Both the position numbers and the translations under genes were made by a program. Shown in pieces: positions 11,695 to 22,930 of a stretch of DNA of 64,000 nt. Source of the DNA: Octopus bimaculoides (Eukaryota); the NCBI RefSeq assembly GCF_001194135.2, contig NC_068990.1, positions 45,085,915 through 45,149,914 on the forward strand, written 5' to 3'. The number at the start of each line of letters is the position of its first letter. Position 1 is the stretch's first letter. The notes beneath the pieces were generated by a model, which saw nothing but the letters and a program-made list of their open reading frames with translations, did not search any database and was not told where the DNA came from.

Positions 11695-12124
11695 ATAGAA
11701 TTACTTGATAGAATTATAGATATATTTTATAATTATAGAATTATAGATATATATTCTATCCTTGATAGAATTACTAGTAGAAAATTATTACAACAAAGAG
11801 TCACAATGGTTTCTAACCAGTCACAATCTGTGAGAGTGACATGTAGATGGCAGACTCATTATCATTAATTCAGATCTTAATAGTCATTGTTCTGTGCCTC
11901 AGAGCTAAGTACTAAACTCTGCTTGCTTCAATTCCTTTCTGTAAAAAATTATGAACATGCTTTACTCCTATTTCACAGTTATGTAAGTTAGCAGTAAGAA
12001 GGCACATAGTTGCAATAGAAACAATTTTTTCAACAAATAAACTACTCAGTTCATGCAAGCATGAAAAAAAAAAATGAATAAAATGGATATAAACTGTAAA
12101 AAAAAGAACTGAAGAACTCATTAC

Positions 12125-12281
12125 CTGAGACAAACTGAGATCAGCATCTAAAGAGAGAGTCTGAAGGTTCTTTGTAGGGTTTACACAGCTGATAAGTCTA
12201 ACTAAAGTTGGAGAACAGTCAATCGGTAAAGATTTCAGAAGAGTGTCACAATCAACCAGAAGTAGTATTCCATGATAGGGC
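12125..12281 (-). CDS. NPRL3: NPRL3 coding exon 8
   Basis: 157 nt, [52 protein letters not shown] (human RPYHALLL...LPIDCSPALVR...KNLQQLAQDADLALLQ). Confidence 0.97.
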
Positions 12282-13244
12282 CTACAATAAAGGGAATAAA
12301 ACATATAACAAGAAATCACTGAAAAAAAGTATGATTATTTTAATATATCTGACAAGTTTATAACTATGAATACTAAAGAACTATACTTTAGATTAGACAC
12401 ATTACATTTATGTTGTATGTAATGAACATGGAGAGATGAAATTCACATGTTTTGACATCAATATATCAACATCCAATTCTATTGATGTTATAGAAGCAGG
12501 AATGGTCAGCAATCAGATTATTATATCTAATGCCACAATTCGCTAGAATATTACCCACGTGATAAAAAGAAAAAAAAATCTGACCAATCAAGATTTCACA
12601 TGGAACAAGTACCAACAATAATTTCATCTTTTGGCATGCTTCTTTCTGAACCTAACAATCAATAAAAATTCAGTGCACTTTGGCTACTTAGACAGACAGC
12701 AGCTGAGTAAAGCTGACAGATGCTAAACAATGAAAGGACAGTGACACCAGCACTAGCAGCTAACCACATTTTGACTACTGTTGCAATCACATCAGTTTGT
12801 CTGTCTATGGTGAAATATTACTTTGCTTGGAAACAGGTAAAGGTTGGTGACAGAAAGGGCATCTGATCATAAAAAAATCTGTCTCAATAAACTCTGTCTA
12901 ACCTGTCAAAATGACAATGATATCCTATGACTAGTAAAATGTTAAATACAACAGCTATGAACACATCAATATATCATAAAGCACCAGTACGAAGAATGCT
13001 AAACAATAAAAATTCAAATAAACCTAACTTTATATGAATATATCAACAAGAAGTTTGCTTCCCAACCATATAGTTCCTAGTTCAGTCCCAGTGTGGCACC
13101 TTGGGCAAGTGTCTTCTGCTACAGCCTTGGGCCAACCAAAGCCTTGAAAGGATTTGGTAGACAAAAACTGAAAGAAGCTCATCATATATATATATATGTA
13201 TGTATAATTCAAGTATAGGATAAAATCTTTATAAGAATTTATCA

Positions 13245-13530
13245 AGTAGTTAGCGTGAAAAATGTCATAAGGGAAAAATCCATCATTTATTCCGGATAAA
13301 TATATTTATTTATATAAAGGCATTACTATACATAAATGCCTCACACTAAGAGGGACTCTAAAGTCAAACTACCATAATAAACACATTTTTACTGAAAGTG
13401 AGGGAATGCAACTCTCGAAGCTAGCCCCCTAAAAACAGACTAAACGGTAAATCATGATTTCGTAATTATCGCAATAATATGTACCTTTTACTCATTAGTA
13501 CACGTATAGTCAAGACACATAAAAATAAAA
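13245..13530 (+). mobile_element. Putative Penelope-type terminal fragment
   Basis: Two degenerate CTGA..GA/stem/GAAA-like motifs at 13346-13370 and 13392-13424; no protein evidence. Confidence 0.35.
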
Positions 13531-13974
13531 AGAAATGTCTTTGTGTCTGTGTTTGTCCCCCTACCATTACTTGACAACTGATGTTGATGTGTAACTTAGT
13601 AGTTTGGCAAAAGAGAAAAATACAATAAGTACTGGGGTTGATTCATTCAACTAAAAATTGAAGGTGGTACTCCAGCATGGCCACAGTTTAGTAATTGAAA
13701 TAAGTAAAAGATAAAAGATACCTAACATCAGAGCATTAGGAAAACTAAAGGATTAACAAATGATCAGCTATCAAAATATTTACTGTACTTTTTGGCATAC
13801 AAGTTGAGGAAGACAACTTAAACACCAAGATGACTTTGGAGGACCAAAAATTCCATGTGAAATGCAACAGGATTTGCAAAGACAGAGACAATGTTTTGAA
13901 TGTTTGCACTATACACTACATTGACTTGTATGCTGAAAAAAATGGTACTAATAATTGAAAAACAAGATATTTAC

Positions 13975-14009
13975 CTTAGGGATTCTAAACATTTGTCAAT
14001 CGCTTCAGG
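13975..14009 (-). CDS. NPRL3: NPRL3 coding exon 7 (35-nt mini-exon)
   Basis: PEAIDKCLESL(R) matches human PEAIERSLKAIR. Acceptor aatttcag, donor GTAAAT; it is needed to restore phase between exons 6 and 8. Confidence 0.9.
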
Positions 14010-15172
14010 CTGAAATTATACAAAAAAAAATGTCAACTATATGTCACAAATTTAATATCAAAAGAATAAACAGTTAGAAATAGCAACCACATCAAATTAC
14101 CCACTATAGTCTTAAAAATATATTGGATATCATCCAACAGGCACTATATCTGAGGTCTGTTTGATTAGGGCTGACCTAAATTAAACAACAACACTGGATA
14201 TAATAAATATAATTCATATCATTATATTGACAAGACTATCAAATGTGATTATGCATTGCTTGTCATAATGTGCTTCATTACATTGTTATAGCCTTCAAAT
14301 GATGCCACCTCAATGGCTAGGCAAGCAAGCCAACATTCCCTACTGGACAGAATGCCAGTCCACACCAAGATTACCCATTCACAGATGAATAGACAGGAAC
14401 ACGAAGTGTTTTGCTCCAGAACACAATGCATCTCCAGTTTGGGAATCAAAGTACAATCTTGCAATCATGAATGCAACACCCTAACCAGTAGGCCATGTAC
14501 TTTTACACATATCATATCAGAAAATAATAATTACATGATTAAGTATTTTTAACAAATAATAAGTTCTACAATTTCTCTAAACCAGTGATATAATAGTTTT
14601 AATAATAAAGAATTTCAACAGAAGCGCAAGACTGGAAATTTGTGGAAAGTGGAAAAGTTGATCATATTGACACCAATAGTTAATCAGTTTAAAGTATTTG
14701 ACTGATCCTCAAAGTTTGAAAGATGAAATGATCATGGCAGGATTTGAACTCAGAACATAAGTGGGACAAAATACCACTAAGCATTTTGCCTGGCATGCTA
14801 ATGATTCTGCCAGCTCACTACTTTCTACCCAATCACTCATTATTATTATTCATTTAATGTCTGCTTTCCATGCTGGCATGGGTTGGAAATGCCAACCACT
14901 ACACAGAGTAAGCAATGTTGTTTGTTTCCAGGTGAGAGTCGATGACAAGAAAGGGCACCTGACCATAGAACATCTGCATCTGACCCATGCAAGCATGGAA
15001 AAGTGGACATTAAATGATGATGATAATGATGATGATTAGGGTCATACAGAGACGTGAACTTTGCTTAAAGATACAGTATCATATCAACAGTAATAAATGA
15101 AGTAATGACATCAAGGCAAATGGCTCTGTGTCATTACAACTTAGCTACTGTATTAGTGGAATAATTAATTAC

Positions 15173-15281
15173 CTTTAATGCTTTGTTGTTGAGAGAATTT
15201 AAGTGGACTCTATGAGGTAAGCAGAAGTTGACCATAACCCAGTGGTTGACATACAAATGAACAATTCCATTTTTGCATAGA
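15173..15281 (-). CDS. NPRL3: NPRL3 coding exon 6
   Basis: 109 nt, LCKNGIVHLYVNHWVMVNFCLPHRVHLNSLNNKALK (human [26 protein letters not shown]). Phases 2/0. Confidence 0.95.
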
Positions 15282-17536
15282 CTGGAAGGAAACAGTTTAG
15301 AGAATCAGCAACAAATTCATAAGCAAGCAAGTAAATACATGTATTTATTTGTGTGTGTGTGTGTGTGTGTGTTTGCTAATTCAATTGACTCCTTGTGGAG
15401 CACAGGGTACCAAAAGGAGATCACCATTTGCCTTGATCTTTGGCAATGCATCACAGTTGTACTTGGGTGTCACCGCCTCCTGTCAGTGCTTCAGTTTCTG
15501 TGGACCAAGTTTTTTTCGGTCTGTCACCTTTGGGTGTCCAGCAAAAGGCTTGACTTGTAATTTTGAAAACAGGTTTCCGTAGGCTATGTCCAAGCCAATC
15601 CCCATTTCTTCCTCTTGATGTGGGTTTCAATAGGTTGCTAGTTCACCTTTTTTCTTCCCACAAGGCTGTGTGTGTGTGCGTGCGTGCGTGCCTGTGTGCA
15701 TGCAAGCACATTGTGATATGGAGTGATGATCAAGAGATTCATTTTAAATGTGTGGGATCTTTTACCAATAGCCATAGGTTGACCCATGGTTTGTGAGTGA
15801 AACTGGGTAGGCAATAACTGTTTGGAGACATACTGGATGGATTATACTAGTAATTTAAAGGTTTAGTTTTATCACACTGTCTCATATTGATTTCATCAAA
15901 GAATTACTTTAAGGACTGTACATGTCTGCAGAATACTTAGTAACTTACACACTAATTCAACGAACAAGTAGTTCAATTGATCAAATAACTACATACTTAT
16001 TGTCAAAACCACCAGTAACCCATTTACCTTTTATGTATATTGTGTACTTCACAAGCCTTTAGTGAAAGCACCTCACCCAAAAGGGCAGCTACTCTTAGTA
16101 ATATCTGATACAGAATAAAGAAGATTCTCCAGTCTTGGCAAACAATCTTTCTAGTGATAGTGAGATTATAAAATGCAAATTGCACCTAGTCCCTATAGTA
16201 AAATCATGCTAAAATCACAAGAGATAAAAACTGACAAAAATTGGCTATTTTCTCTGTGATTGTGCACCTCAGATAACAAAAACCGAAACAAATGGTGATA
16301 TACAAATGCTGTCATCCAAACCCATACCATCCTGGAAAAACAGATGCTTTTCCAGGATGGTAAAGGATAATGGACATTCTTAGAATAAGACATATCCAGC
16401 AAGGGATCAGTTCTATTGTCTTTACAAAAGAAACAGGAGTTGCGATATTCATGATTTTCCCAAGAACATTAACAAGGCAAGAGAAACAGCCAAAATTGAT
16501 ATATGAACCAGGTTCTCTGGCAAGGTTCACAAGAAATATACACTACACACACACAAATATACATGTACAGGTAGACAAACAGAAATGATTATCAACATTT
16601 TTCTAATCCTCATGCATGTTATATAAGTTGATTCAGATGTCCCTTTCGCATTTAAAAGATATATACAATGTACATTTTTTAGATTTTGTTACAATTTTGT
16701 TTTTATACTTTTTAATACCATCTCAGCTATAGTTGTGAATATCTTTTGGTTGATACATACACACACATATATAGAGAGAGAGAGATATATACATACACAT
16801 GCAGAACATCCACCCACACATATATTAGTTTTCCATACATACACACATATACAACATCTCCAAGCATAAAACTGCCTTCCTCTCTTCTGTAGCTCCATTC
16901 AGCCAAAAGGGATCTTAGTTTTGTCAGTTACAAAGAGAGGTCACTAGTACTTGTGCCACAAGAAATGATGATACATTATCATCATTTAATGTCCACTTTT
17001 CCATTCTTGCATAGATCAGATGAAATTTGTTGTGGCAGATTTTCTATGGTCAGATATCCTTTCTGTCGTTAACCCTCATCTGTTTCCAAGCAAGAAATAT
17101 TTCCCATGGTCAGACATGTTACACAGGAGACTGGAAATGATCAACATTGCTTGTATGATTGTGATGCTCATTTACTACCAACACATGTTGTCAAGACAAG
17201 GATGTACACAAACACACACACATCATCATCATTTAACGTCTGTTGTCCATGCTGGCATGGGTTGGACAGTTTAACTGGGTTGGAACGCTGGAAGGCTGAA
17301 CCAGAATCCAGTCTGATTTAGCATGGTTTTCTATGGCTGGATGCCCTTCTGAATGCTAACCACTCTGAGAGTGTAATGGGTGCTTTTACATGTCACTGGC
17401 ACAGGTGCTATCTGTGCAACACTGGGGCGCGTTTACGTGCCAATTTGCATGACACTGGTATCTGCCATGACTGTGATTTTGCTCCGCTTAATGGGACTTC
17501 TTCTCAAGCATGACATAATTCCAAAGGTCTTGGTCA

Positions 17537-17733
17537 TTACCTCCATGAGGCTCAACACTCAAAAGGAACTCAGCCACTTTGCCTCCATGAGGCCCAATGC
17601 TAAAAAGGAACTCAGCCACCTTGCCTTCATGAAGCCCAACACCTGAAAGGAACTCAGTCACTTTGCCTCCATGAGGCCCAACGCACAAATGGAACTCAGC
17701 CACTTTGCCTCCGTCAGGCCCAACATTCAAAAG
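17537..17733. repeat. 42-bp tandem repeat, about 4.7 copies
   Basis: Unit TTGCCTCCATGAGGCCCAAYRCNNAAAGGAACTCAGCCACT; period 42 (ctccatgagg at 17541 and 17583); embedded in RTE-derived sequence. Confidence 0.9.
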
Positions 17734-18043
17734 ATGTTCTTTATGTGCCACCAGCATGGGTGCACATGGCTTGACAGGTCCTCAGGTTTCTTTTGGTTTC
17801 CATCAACCAAATCCACTTGCGAAATTGGGTGAAATTCTGGGTGCTATGGACTGTTCCTGTAATTCAAAAAGACCAGCTTTGCCACACACACACACACTGT
17901 GCCATGCTGATTCTGTCTGAGAATTCCATTAAGGATACATATTTTCTGTGGAATACTCAGTCTCTTACTCTATAGTCACTCTATCATAGATTGAGTATAT
18001 AGTTCCACTGATCAAATAACTGGACTACAAACATTGAACATAC

Positions 18044-18116
18044 CTATCATAAACATATTTCAGTTCCCGTGCCAACTGGCTGTGTCTTAAAATCATCTTA
18101 TAAGGACATTCTGAAA
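18044..18116 (-). CDS. NPRL3: NPRL3 coding exon 5
   Basis: 73 nt, (V)SECPYKMILRHSQLARELKYVYD(S) (human [22 protein letters not shown]). Long polypyrimidine tract, GTATGT donor. Confidence 0.92.
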
Positions 18117-19039
18117 CTGAAACAAAGAAAAAACAAAAAAATTAAAAGAAACATTTTAATATAATTTTTAGAGAAGCGGTCAATTTAAATTATTATCTTT
18201 TCAATATTTTATTTTAATAACTTTAATTAATCAACTAATCACCTTTCATTTATCTCACAATATTGTGATAAATAATGCCAATACTGAATCTTCTAATCAG
18301 AGATAATCAAAAACCAATCTGCCTTATTCACTAGTGGATTGTGCCTCTCCAAAATATAAACAAGCAAGCATTTGATCTCAGCTTTGTCAAATACTTGAAC
18401 TCTTCTCAATTATACAGTGCCTCTACAGTGAAATGGGGAGCCTGTATATGGTTATTTGGTCTGTTAGAAATAGCAGGCAAATCTCTCTCAAATCTCATCC
18501 TACTGTCTTAAATATATTTAAAAAAAGGTACATATTTGCTGATATAATTATGGACATACAAAAAGATAGATGGTCATGACTGGAATACTAGTGTTCATTT
18601 GGGCCTTAAAAACAATAACAGCAACAGTGCTTCAGGTTTCTATAGAAGAATGGTAGCATCCATGATCCTTTCCAGTGCCTCTGAGAAATCAGAACGTGAT
18701 CAAATCATTTAAAATTTTCCTTTTTTTATTCTGAGTTGCTTCCCTCCCCTTTGATTTACTTTTAGACACTGCTATAGTTTAATTGATTATTTAAAGTTAG
18801 TCTTGCCACAAATATGTTAGCACTAGCTTAAAAGCCGCCCTATCAAGTGGTTTTTCAGCTAGCTCCTGTGGAGGGCTCTTCATTAGGCCTTGGGCTCAAC
18901 AATGACACTTCATGCATTGAGTACATATGAAATTTTATTCAACTTGGACAATATTTTTCAAGCAATGAACAATTTCCATCAAAACAATGATATAATTTGT
19001 TGACTTGGAACTTTTTGCAAAGCTGCATGATAAACAACA

Positions 19040-19445
19040 GTACTGCCACCATCGCTACCACATCTGCCATACACACACCATTCAAACTTCTGACGCCACC
19101 ACCATCAATACCTTTGACTTCGCTGCTTTCCCCACCACCACCATCACCAGTCTTTCACATCACTTACTCTCAGTCATACCACCACCACCACCTCTGCCTC
19201 TATCACAACTACAGCTCATACCCATTACCATCAGTGTTCAGTATGTTAGTTCAGCATGCTGGTTCAGTGTTCAGTCCCTTTTTCTCTCTTATTATTATTC
19301 CCACTGCCACCATCAACACTACTAATTTTAATAAAAACATCAACTCTCCCTAAATTTCTTTATCTCTCTTTCTCTCCCTCTCTCCCTGTCTTTGCCAACA
19401 CCCTCACCATCTCTATACCCACTATTACTCTCACCCCAGTATGAG
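19040..19445. repeat. CCA/CAC-rich low-complexity tract
   Basis: Degenerate trinucleotide runs; three overlapping ORFs with no homology signal. Confidence 0.7.
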
Positions 19446-19686
19446 CAATAGCAGAAGTGTCAATGAATAGTGAGAGAGGGGGTTGAAGTGTGACACACAG
19501 AAATTAGTTTTTGCATATATTATGAGATTTACTTCACTATACATTTCATCTCAAAATTGCAACTCTGTAGAACTTATGCTCAGCCAATGTATCATCTGAT
19601 GTAATTCAAACTGACAATAACAGCATTAACCCTGCTTCTCTTCTTTTAACTGTTTTTATATAATAATTATAAATAACTGTATAATA

Positions 19687-20269
19687 TTTGGTTGTCCGGA
19701 AAGTTTGTGTCGATTTATAGTAGCTTATCTTTTGACTTATTTTAGAACATGGTTGAGTCCATAAAATAGGATTTGACTATACCTCCATCATTTAGAGCAC
19801 AATTTAAGCTATCTTTATGTTACTATAACCTGTGTTAATTCTGTAACCCTTTAAAATGGAAGATAAGAAAGTTCATTTTCAGCACTTGATGCTTTTCTTT
19901 TTCCATAAAGGGAAAAATGCCTCACAAGCAACCAAAGAAACATGCGCAGTTTACAGTAATATTTCTTTATCCGAAAGAACTGTACGGAAGTGGTTCACAA
20001 GCTTCCGAGCTGGAGATTGTAGCCTTATTGATAAAGAGCAATCACGCAGACCCATCGACTACAGATGATGACCAAATCAAGTCATTAATTGAGAATAACC
20101 CACATTGCACAACCCGAGAATTGGCAGAAAGCCTCAACCTATCAAAATCCATTGTTCATGAACACCTGGTAAAGCTTGGGTACACAAATCACTACGATGT
20201 TTGGGTACCACATGAGTTGAGTGAGAAGAACCTTTTGGAAAATCGGCACAAACTTTCCGGACAACCCAA
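19687..20269 (+). mobile_element. Internally deleted mariner (mellifera-subfamily-like), 583 bp
   Basis: ~30-bp TIRs TT(T/G)GGTTGTCCGGAAAGTTTGTG(T/C)CGATTT with TA on both sides. Transposase N-terminus KVHFQHLMLFFFHKGKNASQA...TTRELAESL...WVPHEL with one frameshift; catalytic domain absent. Confidence 0.93.
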
Positions 20270-20830
20270 TAACTATGAATAAATCTTTTAACTTACAAGG
20301 GCTGAAAATTTGGCATGGGGTGGGAGTGGGTAGCATGTTTGTCAATATCATTGATTCCAGCACTTTATTTTCTCAGCTCTGAAAGGATAAAAAGCTAAGT
20401 TAACCTCTGAGCTGCATTAGATACTGCAAAGTATTTTCTCTTGATGTTCTACCAATTCTGCCAAATAATAGTTGTTTCTAATTAAGGTACAAAGCCTGAA
20501 ATTCTGAGGAGGGGACTAGTTGATACCATCATTTCCAGTATTTAACTGGTACTTTATTTTATCAACCCCAAAAGAACGAAAGGCAAAGTTGACCTCAGCA
20601 GGATTTTAAAATCAGCATGTATGGAGCTGGAAGAAATACTGCAAAGCAATATTTCTGACACTGTAATGATTCTGTGTGCTCACTGCCAAATAATAACAAA
20701 AATACATTAAAAAATTATGAAATAGATACACCCAGAAATTGAAACAAATTTGTAGTACCAATACTGGGGACTTGCCTGTCCTACAGCACTTGCAGACAGT
20801 TAAGGTTTGAATAAGTAAAAATAGAGTTAC

Positions 20831-20981
20831 CTTCACTGAAAGGTGATTCATCATGGACTTGTTGCATCGCTTTGGCTTGCTGAGCCAAGTAATTACAGCG
20901 GCATTCTTCATGACGAATAGCAACAGTGATTTGTTTTGCAAGATCCTGGTAATAGTTCACTACTGTCGTATCAACACATGC
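20831..20981 (-). CDS. NPRL3: NPRL3 coding exon 4
   Basis: 151 nt, ACVDTTVVNYYQDLAKQITVAIRHEECRCNYLAQQAKAMQQVHDESPFSE (human LQHEERRCQYLTREAK). AG/GT boundaries, phases 0/1. Confidence 0.95.
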
Positions 20982-22134
20982 CTTTTGAAAAAAAATATGT
21001 ATCAGTTGCTTTAAAACAGTAATATGAGAGAAACTTCATTTGGACATTATTACTGCTTTTATTCTTTAGTAACAGAGCATATTTAGAAATGATGAAATAA
21101 CAGTTAAGACTTTAATACAATTGATGCTTGACATTATAAGCACCAATTTGAGACAAAACAATGAAATGGTACCACTAATGGAATACATATATAAACGGTT
21201 GTTAATATTTTTCAAAGTTTTCAAAAGGTTAGTGCTTAATTCATTCCGCATGAAAGACAGATGTCTTTCTTTCAATGAGATATCAGCCTATCATGGGAAA
21301 AAGTTCTCTTAGATTTGGTATCTGTTCCTACCAGTTAGATGAAGTGAGATAAGTGAACATCAGTCCCAGATATAAGAAGTTTCTAGGCTTCCCTTAGAAA
21401 AGACACAATTAATAAAGCAGTCCTAGATATGCTATGTCTGAAACCCCCTGATAACAAGTTTGTTCAAAACAGGACTGACCTGGAGTTAAGCAAAAACTGA
21501 GAAGAGTAAGAGTAAATGACTTACTCGAAATATAAAGAGAGGCCAGCAGTGGAGTTGAATTCAAGTCCTATAAAATGCTAATTACTCAATTACCAATACA
21601 ATGTGGGTTATGTTAATAAATATATCGAGTCATATCCATTGGTGTATAGCCTCACTGTCAAATTAGGCTAAAAAAGAGCATGATCAGTAACTTGGGATGA
21701 GAATCAAACTGATGGCTTTCAATGTTACTTAACAATTCATCAATATTCACTCACCTCTCCCTCCCAATTTGTCAATAATAACAGTAAGAAGAGGTTAGTT
21801 ACTGAAATTTAAATAAAATCTTACTGACACAATATTTATAAGAGTACTTATGCCTATACAGTTTGAGCTATGTGGAAATATGCATTCATATCCATATGCA
21901 TTTAGAAAGACAGTAAAATTAGATGCTAGTTCAGTACCATAACCACTTTTATTTTCCTGCTTTATTTAGACTTTCAGTGAAATCAGATGATGTCATGTAT
22001 ATCCTGGTTTTAGAATAAGATAGTGTCTCTCTGCATAATGTAAGACACCGCTAAAAGGATGGGCATCAGGAAAGGCATCTGGTAGTAAAACGCTGGCTCA
22101 AAATGATCCTTTTGATGAGTTTGATTATATAAGG

Positions 22135-22360
22135 GTGAAGGCAGCGAGCTGACAGAAATGTTAGCATGCCGGGCGAAATGCTTAGCAGTATTTCGTCTGT
22201 CTTTATGTTCTGAGTTCAAATACCGCCAAGGTCGACTTTGTCTTTCATCCTTTTGGGGTTGATAAATTTAAGTACCAGTTGTGTATTGGGGTCAATCTAA
22301 TCGACTGGCCCCCTCCCCCCAAATTTCAGACCTTGTGCCTAGAGTAGAAATGATTATATA
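22135..22360 (+). mobile_element. SINE family A, representative copy (others near 14690, 20470, 27130, 44990, 52870, 53270, 54040)
   Basis: Recurrent GGCAGCGAGCTG.CAGAA..GTTAGCA...GAGTTCAAAT.CCGCC.AGGTCGACTTTG.CTTTCATCC..AAGTACCAG; B-box-like GTTCAAAT. Confidence 0.75.
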
Positions 22361-22729
22361 AGGGTGAGATCCAGTCCATGGTACCCTATGGGAGTCCCAA
22401 CCACTCTCTTTAAAACTCAAGATGGAGAACCTAGTTGAAGCATGGAATGTTTGATGTTGCCTGTGGAAACAGTAGATAAGGTTTGGGATGTATAATGCAG
22501 GAACAATGATAAGATCGGAGGAATCAGTCAAGTCTCTAATCAGAAGAAGAGCGAACTTTGCCAAGAAAGACAAAGCTTAATAGGATGGTAGAAAAAAATT
22601 TAGTAATTAGTAAGAAGAGGGGAGAGTAAAATATTAAAAAAAACTGTTATGGAACCTGCGAGGTTAACCTCTTCTATCAACTGAGGACTCCCTCAAAAAA
22701 TACTTGTGACCTTGTGTCTATGTCAGAAA

Positions 22730-22773
<44 letters not shown>

Positions 22774-22930
22774 GTTATTATTATTATTATAAATAGGTAG
22801 TAAATGTTCAATTTTACAGTTAATCACTTGAGGCAAACTATACTTAAAGATATTAATTGAATATAATACATGCTCTGTTCTATCATTTAATGAATGATAA
22901 AATATACATATATATATATATTATATAAAG

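Noticed and set aside
17537-17733. Regular 42-bp array as a CRISPR
   Set aside because: Units are contiguous with no unique spacers, no cas genes are present, and the context is eukaryotic and RTE-derived.
18997-19444. Three overlapping His/Pro/Thr-rich ORFs
   Set aside because: Stop-poor low-complexity CCA tract with no splice or homology support.
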